Below, in pieces: positions 35,701 through 47,100 of a stretch of DNA of 64,000 nt. This stretch comes from a virus. The notes beneath the pieces were generated by a model. It was not told the origin of the DNA. It saw nothing but the letters and a program-made list of their open reading frames with translations, and searched no databases. The position numbers and the translations under genes are program-made. The stretch is taken from the IMG/VR virus record IMGVR_UViG_3300042945_003044, one strand, 5' to 3'. How positions within the stretch are numbered: the stretch's first letter is position 1; each line of letters opens with the position of its first letter.

Positions 35701-36234
35701 ACAGGAGCAATCGTTAGATTTATAGATAGTTCTGGTAATGTCGTTAATAGAACTATGGTTAATAAATTAGTACATCCAGATTACAAACCCTATTATCCTG
35801 ATATAGCTATAGGAGTTCTAGATTCAGACGTGCCAGCAACAGTATCTTTTGCTAAGGTATTACCGACCAATTGGGCCTCTTATTTACCTAATATTTCTTA
35901 TGCTGCTAGAGTGCCAATAATCATTGTGGATCAAGAAGAGAAAGCATTAGTCGGAGATATTGTTTCAGTATCTAATTCTCTAACTATAGCAGAGCCCGTA
36001 AACTCTCAAAGATTAGCGTTTTGGGAATCTATTATTACTGGTGATTCTGGCAGCCCAGGGTTCGTTGTTATTAATAACGAATTGGTTTTGGTTACGGTCC
36101 TAACGTATGGAGGACTATTTACTTCTGGTACTTTTCTTGTTCCTCACATTAGTGCTATTAATACAATGATGAATACTTTAGGTGGAGGATATCAATTATC
36201 TACAGCTAATTTAACAGGATTTCCAAGTTTCTAA
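32764..36234 (+). CDS. multidomain virion protein: FN3, DUF285/BspA-like repeats, propeller repeats, C-terminal trypsin-like protease
   Basis: FN3 (W..P...YLFRVAAVN); FNQPxxxWxxS repeats; SxDGxxW repeats; AAH / DIA / GDSGS triad. Confidence 0.8.
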   Translation: MTSFRIKSDKIFFRNGIKTAFRSIPDPPTEVTGSSGNNSISLVWTAPEFSGTSPITDYIVQYSSDNGGSWTTVSKPVSTSTSLLVSGLVNAQDYLFRVAAVNQVGTSSYSINSNSLAPFNYDPNKLVLVYDTSKESVNNTITLHVNGTSPNILVDWGDGTSSTYTATGTQTKTYTSPGIYVVQISGSMTRFGTSLDGSSPTAVVNISSNRNRRKLVRCLSFGNIGITSLSSCFLNSINLIQVPLSIPSAVSNMSSMFKGCTSFNQPIGMWNVSNITNMTDLFVNASSFNRSLNSWDVSKLTNAYFIFNNALAFNQPLNKWDLSSVVDAIYMLDNARSFNQPIEDWNISNLYNTQDLLRDNISFNQSLAAWPIYGFDVNTYFNFSNIPIDIENYSRTLIGWANFVNDNGGAPTGVSLLSNNRKYHDIEYTFDMPKYRPFWKENNLSITGGVGAVAYGNGRSVGVGANTVVVSDDGISWTNKTISQQNWADIAYGNGVFVAVSRVDYPFFGGVVSEPTIIRSVDFGETWIAATQSPNMRMIGVCYDGSRFIGVGTTFGPTSLYGISYILEIFSSLDGNSWTKISDITASAGARCNRIRYLNGAYYVLDSIHGRLFRSIDAISWTQLTTSNSTDANWYDIAFGNNVLVMVGGGNSSYNTAVSTDGINWQTYKGADDSPDFFWYSVIYANGLFIKCGYTGLAYSRDGKDWIRFPFKKNNEWYTPGYHANANRFFVFGSDNLYAYSSNTGKYISASAARNYLTAPIANGGAGWSITGDVSANELVVIANKILRQTVPASTTNVVVKDSNYTRQTNGEFETDYDVRLLKNGDTPVSGILVSNNTNVITNPVPASGGLASFVFPGVTKITGTDSSGATASVQVVTERIQGSVVDTFSSFVNGTTAHNISSTVDTLLAGKTASSSIRRFSAQNHTTNPPSYPSNASFWASALNFSCCSVWNSTGLNTMGGTLISPRHILFAAHYQINTGAIVRFIDSSGNVVNRTMVNKLVHPDYKPYYPDIAIGVLDSDVPATVSFAKVLPTNWASYLPNISYAARVPIIIVDQEEKALVGDIVSVSNSLTIAEPVNSQRLAFWESIITGDSGSPGFVVINNELVLVTVLTYGGLFTSGTFLVPHISAINTMMNTLGGGYQLSTANLTGFPSF

Positions 36235-36248
36235 AATAGGAATTTATT

Positions 36249-36977
36249 TTGATGACTAATTTTTCAAGCACAATACGTAATGGCCTAAGAATAGTTGGCG
36301 GTGTGGCGAAGATTAGAACAGCAGAATCTAAAGTCCTATATTACTTTGGTACTAGTAGTGATTGGAATAATTTAAATAATTGGTGGCTTAATGAACAGAA
36401 TACTATTCCATCTAGTCATTTGCCACGTAGTATTGATAGCGTGATACTGAAAACATCATGTTTGACTAACAGCGGTAATGCTCCAACAGTTGTGGATCTA
36501 ACAATGAATAATAATACTCTGGGTATTGTTGCCACTGTGACCGGAACTGCCTCTTTTATAAATAACTCAAGACTTGGCGCTGCTGGTACTATCAATGGAA
36601 GCGCAGCTTTTAGTAACACTGCAAGAAATCAAGGGACTGTTAACGGCGATGCTATTTTTAATGGTAATTCGTATAACATGGACTATGTAAACGGTAGTGC
36701 TTCTTTCAATGATACTTCTATCAACTATTTTGGAGTTGTAACAGGAAATGCTGTTTTTAAAAATAGTTCAGTCAACCAATCAGGCGATGTCTACGGGAGC
36801 GCTACTTTTAATGGCAACTCACAGAATACGGGCGCAGTTTATGGTAATGTTGTCTTTAATGACAGTTCTTATAATACAATAGGCGGATATATTGGAGGAA
36901 ATGCTATATTTGCTAATACGTCTTATAATTGTGGTACTGTCAATGGTTCTATAAGCGGTAATCCTCTGACTTGTTAA
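36249..36977 (+). CDS. beta-helix repeat protein
   Basis: Repeated GxVxGxAxFxxxSxN units. Confidence 0.7.
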   Translation: MMTNFSSTIRNGLRIVGGVAKIRTAESKVLYYFGTSSDWNNLNNWWLNEQNTIPSSHLPRSIDSVILKTSCLTNSGNAPTVVDLTMNNNTLGIVATVTGTASFINNSRLGAAGTINGSAAFSNTARNQGTVNGDAIFNGNSYNMDYVNGSASFNDTSINYFGVVTGNAVFKNSSVNQSGDVYGSATFNGNSQNTGAVYGNVVFNDSSYNTIGGYIGGNAIFANTSYNCGTVNGSISGNPLTC

Positions 36978-37056
36978 TTAATAGATAAAAATAAAAGCAT
37001 GCCACTTGTTCTAAAGCTGATTGATTTTATATATAATAATACAATGAAAGTTTTTT

Positions 37057-38433
37057 ATGCCAGCTAATACAACCATAACTTTACGAAAAGGAACAGCTTC
37101 GTTATGGAGTTCTACCAATCCTGTATTGGCTAGTGGAGAGCCTGGATATGATGTTACTAATAATATCTTAAAAATTGGTAACGGTATTAATAACTGGAAT
37201 TCTTTGTCTAGTATTAATCCTAGAACAATTAAAGAAACTATCATATTAAATAGTCCTAGCGGCACTTTTAATGTTTCTGGCGGATATACGGTTGGTACTC
37301 TAGATATATTTTTAAATGGTATTAAACTATCTCAATATGGAGACTATACCGCCAATGACGGATCCACATTTTCTTTAACAGATATTGCTCCCAGCGGGTC
37401 TGTTATAGAGTATATGGCGGTTTCGCCTACTATTACCGATTTTTCTTTTCTAAGCTATAATGATTTTGCGGCCAATGTCAGCGGATTATTACCCGTTAAA
37501 AATATTTTAGCAGGGCCGAACGTATCTATTACTAATAGTAGTGGTAATTATTCTATTGGAGTTAGTGGGAGTTTAGGACTTACCACAGAAGAAGTAGATG
37601 ACAGAGTAGCTTCTCTTCTGGTGGCAGGAACAGGCATAAATATTAATTATGATGATGTTAATAATAGTTTAATAGTAAGCTCAGAAAATTATTATGGAGC
37701 CAATAGAGGTACTATTAATGTTACTTCTAACACTTCGTCTTTTAATGTTCCTGGTGGATATACCGCTGGCGCCTTCGATCTATTTCTTAACGGAGTTAAA
37801 CTAGTTAATGATATAGATTTTACAGCAACCAATGGGTACTCGTTCAGCACAATATCCCCGATACCTTCTGGTAGCGTATTGGAATATATTAGTTTGACCC
37901 TTGCTAATCCATTACATATTGCTACCGATCAATATAGCGCCGAAATTAGTAGAGATATTATTAGTGTCACGGGTTCATTGAGTACTATTAATATAGTCGG
38001 CGGATATGATGTAGGTGGTTTAGATATATATAAAGATGGATTAAAATTAATTAAAAACGCCCAGTATACGGCCAACGATGGGGCTACTGTTACGCTTAAT
38101 ACGCCAGCCGCCTCTGGATCGGTAATCGAGTATGTGTCTTTTATTTCGGGTAAAGCTAGAAGAAGCATAAATACTATATCGGCGTCAACTACCGCTGGCA
38201 CCACACCACAAACAGATTATATTTATGTAGCGACAGCACCGGGTGTCACCGTCACGATGCCATCGGCTGTTGATAATAATAATAGGTATACTATTAAAAA
38301 TTTAAGTAATGGAACAATCAACGTAATACCACAAAGTGGACAAACTATAGACAATCAGTCTATTATTGCTATAATAAATCAATACGTTTCTATTGATCTG
38401 GTCAGTAATAGTCAAAACTGGATCATTATTTAA
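37057..38433 (+). CDS. fibre protein with Mtd-like N-terminal anchor and three GGY..G.LD.F.NG.KL repeats
   Basis: ITLRKGT...GEPGYD...KIGNG; internal repeats. Confidence 0.75.
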   Translation: MPANTTITLRKGTASLWSSTNPVLASGEPGYDVTNNILKIGNGINNWNSLSSINPRTIKETIILNSPSGTFNVSGGYTVGTLDIFLNGIKLSQYGDYTANDGSTFSLTDIAPSGSVIEYMAVSPTITDFSFLSYNDFAANVSGLLPVKNILAGPNVSITNSSGNYSIGVSGSLGLTTEEVDDRVASLLVAGTGININYDDVNNSLIVSSENYYGANRGTINVTSNTSSFNVPGGYTAGAFDLFLNGVKLVNDIDFTATNGYSFSTISPIPSGSVLEYISLTLANPLHIATDQYSAEISRDIISVTGSLSTINIVGGYDVGGLDIYKDGLKLIKNAQYTANDGATVTLNTPAASGSVIEYVSFISGKARRSINTISASTTAGTTPQTDYIYVATAPGVTVTMPSAVDNNNRYTIKNLSNGTINVIPQSGQTIDNQSIIAIINQYVSIDLVSNSQNWIII

Positions 38434-38482
38434 TTGGTGTATTTTATCTTTGTGGTCTTTCAACTCTTTAAATAGGCTAATT

Positions 38483-38824
38483 ATGGCATATATCATAGGA
38501 AATAATCAAAACGGCCAAAACAATAATGCCAACAGCGCACCTGTTACTATTTCTAGCGACCAGATAAGTAATAATCAATTAGCTAGCGAAGAGGCATTAA
38601 TTTTACTTAGAAGAATGGTTAAGTTACTCGAAAGCAATGCTGTTGTAGATAGCGCTAATAGACAAAGAATGGTAGTAGATACTTTACCAACTTTGGCTAC
38701 AGTTAATACCGTGTCTACAGTAAGTAATATGGCTGCTATTGCTGGCCATGGACTTCAACAATTTGTAGATATAGCAAGAAACGCATATGCTAATGGAATC
38801 AGAAGCAAGCTAGATTTTTCATAA
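38483..38824 (+). CDS. hypothetical virion protein (start revised to MAYII)
   Basis: AGG SD; GGTGTA motif upstream. Confidence 0.6.
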   Translation: MAYIIGNNQNGQNNNANSAPVTISSDQISNNQLASEEALILLRRMVKLLESNAVVDSANRQRMVVDTLPTLATVNTVSTVSNMAAIAGHGLQQFVDIARNAYANGIRSKLDFS

Positions 38825-38861
38825 CTAATTAATTCAAAATTTAAAATAATAGGAATTTAAA

Positions 38862-41462
38862 ATGACCTTAGTCAATACTCTTAGAACACAAGTAGACCTT
38901 CCAGTATGGGAATGGCTGAGATTTGCTCCTGCTGCTTCTTCTGCCGTTAGTGCCTCGTGTTCAGCGGACAATAGCCTATATCACCCTAATCATGGCAGAT
39001 ACATATACTATCTTATAGGAACGAACAGCTTTTGGAGATATGACACTATTACAGATGCCTATCTACAGCTAGCAAATCCTCCCTATACGCCCACTACTGC
39101 CTCAAGTATGAGATTTGCTGGGGCTGTAGGGTACTATGGTCGTGTTATATCAGCTGGCGCTAATAATATGGTGTCATCGGCACATTATGGAGAAATTTTA
39201 AAAGGTTTTGATGTTCGCATCGTATCGGGCACAGGAGCAGGACAACAAAGAGTAATAACAGCTGTTTCCGATCCAGTAACTATAGACTCAGGTATTGCTA
39301 CAGGTGTTTCATCCACAACTTCTTTGTTACAGATTACAGACTCTACCAAAAACTGGACAGCTAATCAATGGGTGGGATATCAGCTACGAATCACTTTTGG
39401 TTCTGGTATCAGTCAAGTGAGAAAAATATTATATAACAGTAATAATACATTAACGTTTGGTGACGTTAATTTATTTGCTACTAATCCATGGGACGCTATG
39501 GCTCCATTAGGAACGGCTGTTTCTTCAACTGCTGGTTCTCAGACCGTATACTCTATTGAAAGTTCCACTATTACTGTTGATACCAACTGGGCTACACAGC
39601 CAGACGCTACATCTAGATTTATGGTACAGTCTGGTGGCGTGTTTTTATATACATATGCTACAGGCATTTCGGCTTATTATGATATTGCAGCAGATACGTG
39701 GTATTATAGAAGTACTACGAACTTATCTAGCGGTACACCTACCGATCTCACCATAGAAAGACAAACCGAAAACTCTACAATATGGGAAAAGGGTGTCGCG
39801 ACTTCAGGCACCACTACTACTTTAGTAGATAATACAAAACAATGGAAGGTTAATCAATTCGCCGGTTATTATGTTAGGATTTACACCGGTACTGGTGAGA
39901 ATCAATTGCGTCAGATAGTATCCAATACCGTGGATACTCTTACCTGGTCGGGATCTGGTACTTCCCCGGACTCGACCTCTAGATATCTTATAGAAGGACT
40001 AGACGCAGGAACCACGACTAGCGCTACTGCTACAGCGCTTGTTGATTCTACCAAATCGTGGGCGGTAGACAGATGGAAAAACATGTCTGTATATATTACA
40101 TCTGGATCAGGCGCGGGACAACAACGTAGTATTATATCCAATACCAGTACTACACTTACTGTGAGCCCCCCATGGAATACCAATCCAGATTCTACATCTA
40201 CGTATAAAATACAAGGAGATTCTGATAAATTGTTCGTTATGTATGGTGGACAAGCTGCTGTGGTAGTTCATAATCTAGAACGAGATTCTATGTCTTATGG
40301 TAGAGAATATGATAATGGTCTTTGTAGGAGCGGCTCCGCTAGATATGGTAGCGACTATGCCATTCCTATAACGTCAACGACCAGATCGGGAACTACCGCA
40401 ACGGTCACAACGGCAGTGCCTCACAACTTTAGAACTGGACAATCCATATCCCATCTTGGTGCCACAGGAGCAGATGCTGCGCTATATAATATTACAGCTA
40501 GCATAACCGTTACCTCTACAACAACATATACTTATACAATGAGCGGTACTCCATCAGCTAATGCTGTGTTTAATACGATTTCAACGTCTGTTCTCGTAGA
40601 TGCTGCTAAAAATTGGACAACTAATCAGTGGGCTGGTTATATTGTATATATGAACACCAATCAGACAAGTCCTGGAACAAGCACCAATACTGTACAAGCC
40701 TTTAGAATAGCGTCTAATACAAGCAATACTTTAACTTTTCAAGCGGCTGGTACAGCCCCTGTTAATGGAGTATCTAGATATGTTATATCGACAGCTCCTG
40801 CTATCGGCGCGATAGATAGTGGTTTAGCCACAGGAACACAGAGTACTACTACTATACAGGACACCTCTAAGAATTGGGTAGTCAATATTTTCGCCGGTAG
40901 AAGAGTTAGATTTACCAGTGGTACGGGTATGAATCAAGAAGCCACTATATCATCTAATACAAGTAATACCTTGACCTTTTCAGCGGCTGTAACAACAGCA
41001 GCAGTAACTGCGAATACTACTTATTCGATATTGGGCATACCAGCAAGAGGTGCGGGTATAGAGCTTAGCTGGAATCAGGGGTCTTCGGATCTTGCCAAAA
41101 GAGGCAGATTTATGTTTGTGGCTAGAGGTGGTGCCGCTTCTGGTTTTGATAGGCTTAACTTAAATACCGATACTTGGGATACTATAGTAGTTAGTCCACA
41201 ATCAGAAACATTAACTACTGGTAGTATGTATATCTATGATGGACAAGATAGAATTTATTTTACTAAGGAAGCCACTTTAAGATGTTATTATTTAGATATA
41301 AATACTAATATAGTGCATGGGGCTGGTATCTACCCCTTCGTCGCTGGAACGGCTATCATAGGAAATAGAATGGAAATTTTTGAAACACCCGACCACTTGA
41401 AATATTTGTGGCTCAATAGACATTCTAATACTGAATGCTATAGATGTTTGTTATTTTATTAA
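38862..41462 (+). CDS. large T/S-rich repeat virion protein
   Basis: Repeated D.xKxWxxNxW/F.G..V.I.xGxGxxQ.R.I.xN units; propeller-like termini. Confidence 0.75.
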   Translation: MTLVNTLRTQVDLPVWEWLRFAPAASSAVSASCSADNSLYHPNHGRYIYYLIGTNSFWRYDTITDAYLQLANPPYTPTTASSMRFAGAVGYYGRVISAGANNMVSSAHYGEILKGFDVRIVSGTGAGQQRVITAVSDPVTIDSGIATGVSSTTSLLQITDSTKNWTANQWVGYQLRITFGSGISQVRKILYNSNNTLTFGDVNLFATNPWDAMAPLGTAVSSTAGSQTVYSIESSTITVDTNWATQPDATSRFMVQSGGVFLYTYATGISAYYDIAADTWYYRSTTNLSSGTPTDLTIERQTENSTIWEKGVATSGTTTTLVDNTKQWKVNQFAGYYVRIYTGTGENQLRQIVSNTVDTLTWSGSGTSPDSTSRYLIEGLDAGTTTSATATALVDSTKSWAVDRWKNMSVYITSGSGAGQQRSIISNTSTTLTVSPPWNTNPDSTSTYKIQGDSDKLFVMYGGQAAVVVHNLERDSMSYGREYDNGLCRSGSARYGSDYAIPITSTTRSGTTATVTTAVPHNFRTGQSISHLGATGADAALYNITASITVTSTTTYTYTMSGTPSANAVFNTISTSVLVDAAKNWTTNQWAGYIVYMNTNQTSPGTSTNTVQAFRIASNTSNTLTFQAAGTAPVNGVSRYVISTAPAIGAIDSGLATGTQSTTTIQDTSKNWVVNIFAGRRVRFTSGTGMNQEATISSNTSNTLTFSAAVTTAAVTANTTYSILGIPARGAGIELSWNQGSSDLAKRGRFMFVARGGAASGFDRLNLNTDTWDTIVVSPQSETLTTGSMYIYDGQDRIYFTKEATLRCYYLDINTNIVHGAGIYPFVAGTAIIGNRMEIFETPDHLKYLWLNRHSNTECYRCLLFY

Positions 41463-41479
41463 ACATATAGGGAACTACT

Positions 41480-41791
41480 ATGAGTATAGCTTATAAAAAT
41501 GCGCTACTGGGTAGATCCATAAATGTTTCTGGCTCTAGAGACACTATTTTAGTAGACAGTAATCATGATGTGTCAGTAGTAAGCGGTGTTATTAGTGGAC
41601 CAGACGCAGCCTTTAATAATATATCTGTTAATAATTTAACTATTAACAGTAGTGGTGTCGCATTATCCGGTCATCAACATACTATACAAGATATACAAAA
41701 TTTACAAAATACCATAACATCACTATCAGGAATAGCACCAACCAATTCACAAAGCACAAACAATTTATTTTTATGGTCAAATTATAGATAA
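41480..41791 (+). CDS. small fibre-associated protein
   Basis: N-terminus and HxH motif shared with 53198 (KNAxLGxSIN...GHxH.I.DI.NLQ). Confidence 0.65.
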   Translation: MSIAYKNALLGRSINVSGSRDTILVDSNHDVSVVSGVISGPDAAFNNISVNNLTINSSGVALSGHQHTIQDIQNLQNTITSLSGIAPTNSQSTNNLFLWSNYR

Positions 41792-41803
41792 GGATCAATA
41801 ACA

Positions 41804-42184
41804 ATGGCAGCAACACCACAGTTTGCATCATCACCAAGACTAGGAATAGCAACAATATCTACTGCAAACACCAATCTTAATGGATCAGGAACTCTAGTTA
41901 ATGTTGTTGTAGCTGGTGCTTCTGGCACCAAAATTAATGAGATTACTATACAGGCGGCCGGTACTGTTACTTCTGGTATGGTTAGATTATTCATTTTTGA
42001 CGGAACTACCAATTATCTATTTGATGAGTTTCCTATATCCTCCACTATTCCTTCGTCTAGTGCCACAGCTTATAGAACATATAAAAGTTATGATAATTTT
42101 GTATTACCTTCTGGCAATACTCTTAGAGCATCTACAGCAAATGCAGAAACCTTCAACGTTATGGCTTGGGGTGGGGATCTATGA
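41804..42184 (+). CDS. small virion protein
   Basis: 126 aa, AAGGA SD. Confidence 0.7.
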   Translation: MAATPQFASSPRLGIATISTANTNLNGSGTLVNVVVAGASGTKINEITIQAAGTVTSGMVRLFIFDGTTNYLFDEFPISSTIPSSSATAYRTYKSYDNFVLPSGNTLRASTANAETFNVMAWGGDL

Positions 42185-43476
42185 ACAATGGCATATTTAG
42201 CGCATATAATACAAGATATGATTCTTCAGTATATCCTGTTATTAATTTAACTGTAGATACCGACAACCTTTCTCTGCCCAAAAATTATGATATAATCAGA
42301 CTTACTAGTTCGTCTGTAATAACCATAACAGGATTAGTAGGTATCAAGGACAAGATTTTTACCATGTTTAACGTTGGATCTTATGATATTAGAATAGCTA
42401 ATCTATCTTCTTTTAGTATTTCTACGAATAAAATCTTAGTTTCTAATAATAATGATGTTATTCTATCTCCTAACGAATCTATTACTTTGTTTTATGATGA
42501 TTCTAATAAGCTTTGGAGAACAGCAGGGGTTATTAAAGCCTATAATCCAACAGATTTTACTTTTGCTAATGTTTATGATTTTACTGTTACAAGCGCTCCA
42601 AGTACCGCAACAGGATCATCTGGATCGTGGACATGGACCCTACCATCTTCCGCTAAGTTTATAGAGATTATAACTATTGGAGCGGGTGGAGGAGGCGGTA
42701 GTGGAAGAAGAGGTGCTGCTGGATCTACTAGGGGTGGTGGAGGCGGAGGAGGATCTGGTGGTATTAGTATACATAGAGTATCCACATCATTATTCTCTTC
42801 CTTAACTACAACAATAACAGTTGCTGCTGGCGGCGCTGGAGGGGCTGCTGTAACAGCAAATGATACGAATGGAAATAGTGGAGCTAATCCTACTACATTT
42901 ACTACTGTGTTTTTTCCTAGTAACTATAATTTTAGTACTGGTCCTGGAGATGGTGGTGGTGGAGGGTCTACTTCTGGAGGTGTCGGTGGTATCGCTGCTA
43001 ATTCCGGAAACGGAAGACCTTCGACATATCAAGGTTCTACTGGAGGTACTGGGGGAACAGGAAATGCTGGAGGTAATGGCCAATCTGTAGCCGGTTCTGC
43101 TAATAATTCTAGCGGATGGTGCAAAAGTGGTGGCGGTGGCGGTGGTATAAGTTCGTCAAATATTCATTATGCTGGTGGTACTGGGACTTTTCCTGGTGGC
43201 GATCTGTTCGGATATACGTCAACTGGAAGTTATAATCCCGCTGGAGGAGTTGCTGGAGGAGGCAATGGAGAAAGTGCTCCTGCTGTAGTATATCTGAACA
43301 GAATAGGTAGTGGAGGCGGCGGTGGAGGAGCTAATAATGCTGGCGCAGGTGGTGTTGGTGGTACTGCTAGTGTAGGAGGTGGTGGTGGCGGAGGAGGTGC
43401 TTCTGTTAATGGATTTAATAGTGGAGCTGGAGGGAATGGCGGAGATGGTTTTGTAAGAATTACAGTATGGAGCTAA
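42181..43476 (+). CDS. glycine-rich fibre/adhesin protein
   Basis: IGAGGGGGSG...GGNGGDGFVRI glycine-rich domain. Confidence 0.8.
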   Translation: MNNGIFSAYNTRYDSSVYPVINLTVDTDNLSLPKNYDIIRLTSSSVITITGLVGIKDKIFTMFNVGSYDIRIANLSSFSISTNKILVSNNNDVILSPNESITLFYDDSNKLWRTAGVIKAYNPTDFTFANVYDFTVTSAPSTATGSSGSWTWTLPSSAKFIEIITIGAGGGGGSGRRGAAGSTRGGGGGGGSGGISIHRVSTSLFSSLTTTITVAAGGAGGAAVTANDTNGNSGANPTTFTTVFFPSNYNFSTGPGDGGGGGSTSGGVGGIAANSGNGRPSTYQGSTGGTGGTGNAGGNGQSVAGSANNSSGWCKSGGGGGGISSSNIHYAGGTGTFPGGDLFGYTSTGSYNPAGGVAGGGNGESAPAVVYLNRIGSGGGGGGANNAGAGGVGGTASVGGGGGGGGASVNGFNSGAGGNGGDGFVRITVWS

Positions 43477-43480
43477 TATA

Positions 43481-44173
43481 ATGAATGAATTTGATAACAA
43501 TCCAGAAATCGATAACACTAATACTCCACCTGAGCCTACTGTTGAGACAGTTGTTGAAATTGTTCCAGATCCTACAAATAGTCCAGAGGTAGTATTAGAT
43601 CCAGAAATCACAACACCACCCGTTCCGGACGTATCACCAGAGGTGACTCCAGAATTAACCCCAGAGACTACACCGGAAGCAACACCAGAACCCGTAGTAG
43701 AAAGCCCCGTAGAAACTCCCGCTATTCCGACTACAACACCAGCTATAGTGCCACAGATAACTGAATTAACACAGTCTTGGGCTTTGGTAAGAGATTCGGA
43801 TGGATTAGTTGAAACATTTCTGAGACTTGATTTACCACTTGGCTGGAAAGCTCCAGAAGGCTTTAGTTTAATTCCTGATGATCAATTGCCAGCGGGATGG
43901 AGCAAAATACTTCAAGAAATACCAGTTCCACAAACCATTACAGCAACACAAATCCGACTATGGTTGGTCAACAATGGCTTCTCAATGAATCAAATATATG
44001 ATATTATTTCTCAGATTCCAGACCCATTATTAAAAGCACAAATAGAAGTTCAGTGGGAATATGCTCCTTATGTAGAGCGTGATCATCCTATGATAAATAC
44101 CTTGGGTGCCTCGTTAGGACTGAGTAGTGAACAAATAGACCAAGCATTTAGAGAAGCTTCAGTATTGCTCTAA
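43481..44173 (+). CDS. P/E/T-rich protein, probably fibre-associated or chaperone
   Basis: TPE repeats; C-terminal ITATQIRLWL...WEYA...IDQAF. Confidence 0.65.
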   Translation: MNEFDNNPEIDNTNTPPEPTVETVVEIVPDPTNSPEVVLDPEITTPPVPDVSPEVTPELTPETTPEATPEPVVESPVETPAIPTTTPAIVPQITELTQSWALVRDSDGLVETFLRLDLPLGWKAPEGFSLIPDDQLPAGWSKILQEIPVPQTITATQIRLWLVNNGFSMNQIYDIISQIPDPLLKAQIEVQWEYAPYVERDHPMINTLGASLGLSSEQIDQAFREASVLL

Positions 44174-44190
44174 ATCTATAAGGATAACTT

Positions 44191-47100
44191 ATGGGAAATT
44201 TAATTCCATCAAATAATAATGATGATAATTTAGACTTTAATCCAACCAAACTTCCTGGATGCAAGGTTTGGATAGATGCTACTGATGAATCTACACTATT
44301 TACCACCGATTATCAAGGATCTGTAACTGTTCCTGATAATTTTACACCCACCAGTGTTGGCGGTTGCTCTACTTGGTATGATAGCTCTGATGCCTCTACA
44401 TTATATAATACTAGTGCTGGGCCAGTTACTGCGGTTTCTAGTCCAACAGAAGTTAGTGGGTGTGCTTTGTGGCTGGATGCTGCTGATAATACATCAATAT
44501 ATAAAACTAATGTAGGACCACTATCTCCTGTATCTGCGCCTACAGACATTGGCGGTTGTCAATTCTGGCTTGATGCTTCAGATCCGGCTTCTATGTTTGA
44601 AGATACAGCGGGACTCACTCCTTCTTCGGTGGGCAATACGGTTGGACTATGGAGAGATAAGAGCGGTAATGCCAGACATGTTCAGCAGGCAACCGGGTCT
44701 AAAAAACCAATTCGGTCAACATCTGTCTTCTCTTCTGGAGCGGTGCATTTTGATGGCATAGATGATATCCTTTCTAATCAGACCGCTTCAGAATGGGGAT
44801 GGGCTACAGGAGGTAGTATGACATGGATCTTCGTTGGTCAACGAGGCGACACCCCGTCCGTATCATCAGATTATCGTTACTGGTTTGGAAACGGAGAGCC
44901 ATTATATCAATCAAACATCAATAGCTTCGGGATATTTGTAGAAGATCAAAATCCTCATAATGGTCGTTTACAATTTGTCATAAGCCAAGGTGGCGCCCAC
45001 AATAAACAGAACGTAACTTTTGATACAAATAGCTCCCCTGACGCAACAATATGGCTGCATACTCTGGCCTATGAAGCTTCTACTCCATCTGTATTCATGA
45101 GAGGACAGGGCTCTGATCGCACAATTACAACGGTCAATACTAATGTCGCTACTAGCGGAGTGTCCCCGAATTTTGGTCTTTCGGTAGGAGCAGATTCTCA
45201 CAACTCATACGCTGGCTCTAGGTTCGGAGATATTAGGCTGGCCGAGGTCTGTGCTTTTAATCGCAGGTTGACGAATGATGAAATATATAGAGTTGAAAAA
45301 TATCTAGCCGATAAGTGGAATATTTCTGATGTTAATGGTACCGTTACGAATAGCGGAGATACAATTGGAGCCTGGAGAGATAAAAGTGGCAACGGCTTCC
45401 ATGCGACTCAACTTAATAATAATCAAAGGCCTTCTAGAAATATTAATCCACAAAATAATTTACAGGGATTACAATTTTCTAATGCTAATTCAACATTATT
45501 AACTACTCAAATATCGGGCTCTCTTACTAGTAGTACGCAAGACTATACTGTGTTTTTAGTATGTCAAAGAACAGCAGTTCATGATGGAGAAGTAATTTTA
45601 GGTAGGCGAACCCCGGGCTGTTACGCAAGCGCTTTGTACTACAATAATCCTGGAGCAAATTCAACAAATATTCAGTTTTATAACTCTGGACCAGAAATAG
45701 CTTTTCCAACAGAAGTCGGCATACCCACCTCCGTACAAATGATATGTTTATCTAGATCTGGATCTACTAATTATAGTGGATGGCAAGCAGGACTATCTTC
45801 TTTTATCGATTCTTCTATGGGATCTGGCCCTGCATCGTCTCTGCTTTCTAATATTGGGGCATCGTGCAATGGGTCATCCGGAATGACCGGGTATATTTAT
45901 GAAATTTTAGCATATAATCGTAATTTAACCAGAGAAGAAAGAGCTTCTGTCGAAAAGTACTTAGCTAATAAGTGGAATACAACAGACAACCACGTTGCAA
46001 CAACCGCTAATAGCAAGGTAGGATATTGGGCAGATAAAACAGGAAATAATCGCCATGCTAGACAAGATGTTTCTAGCTATAGGCCATCATATTCAGGATC
46101 TATCAACGACCTTCCTGCTATAACATTTGATGGGGCGGATGATCATTTTTTAATAGGGAATTTATCTGCTGTGTTTCCTACTTTTGGCGAAGTCTTTATT
46201 GTTTTTGAACCTGATAATACAGTATCGTATTCTCTTTATCAGACTAAAGTTAACTATGCGTATTTTACATATGACGGATCTAGTAATTTTGGATATTTTA
46301 CTAATAATAAATCAGCAACCTTCACTTGGGATAGGCCCAGGACTGGAACTAATATTACTTCTGTTCGGTCAGCATCTGGAACTTTATTTGTTAGATTGAA
46401 TGGTAATCACATATATTCGCAATCAGGTCTTGGTCACGACGGAGGAAACAATCACGCTATTGGTTTTACTTACTCGGGCGGAGGTGGAGTTTCGGGAGTC
46501 GTCATGAAAGGTAAAATAGTAGAAGTTATTACCTTTAATACTGATATAGGAACTGAAAATAGAGCACGGGTAGAACAATACTTGTCTAAAAAATGGGGTA
46601 TGCAGACTACATTGCATGACAAAAGCAGTCAGCCCGGAGAAAAAATAGGTTATTGGAAGAATAAAACAGATTTAAATTTTGCTCTTTCTCAGTATAGAAT
46701 AGAAAAACAAGGAGAAATTGGTTTTATTAATGGTAAAAGAGCCGTGTCTTTTGAAAATAATTCTGGCTTTTTACTTGCTTATCTAGCTAATACTGTACCG
46801 GGAGAGGAACTAAGTTTTTTTTGGGTTTGTAATATTACAAAGCCTGGTGTTAATAATCAAGTAGTTTTTAGATTTGGTAATTATAGTGGATATACTCAAA
46901 TAGCAAAATTTGATGATCGTATAGAATATGGCGGAACTAATGGAATAACCATTAATAATCCTCCACAAACGAAGAACTTACCAATTATAGAATCTGTTAT
47001 TAAAAGTAATGGAACAATATGGAATTCTACTAACGTTTATCGTAATGGTATTTTATTACCAAAGAACAACCTCGGAGTAGATGGTAACCTATCTACTGGA

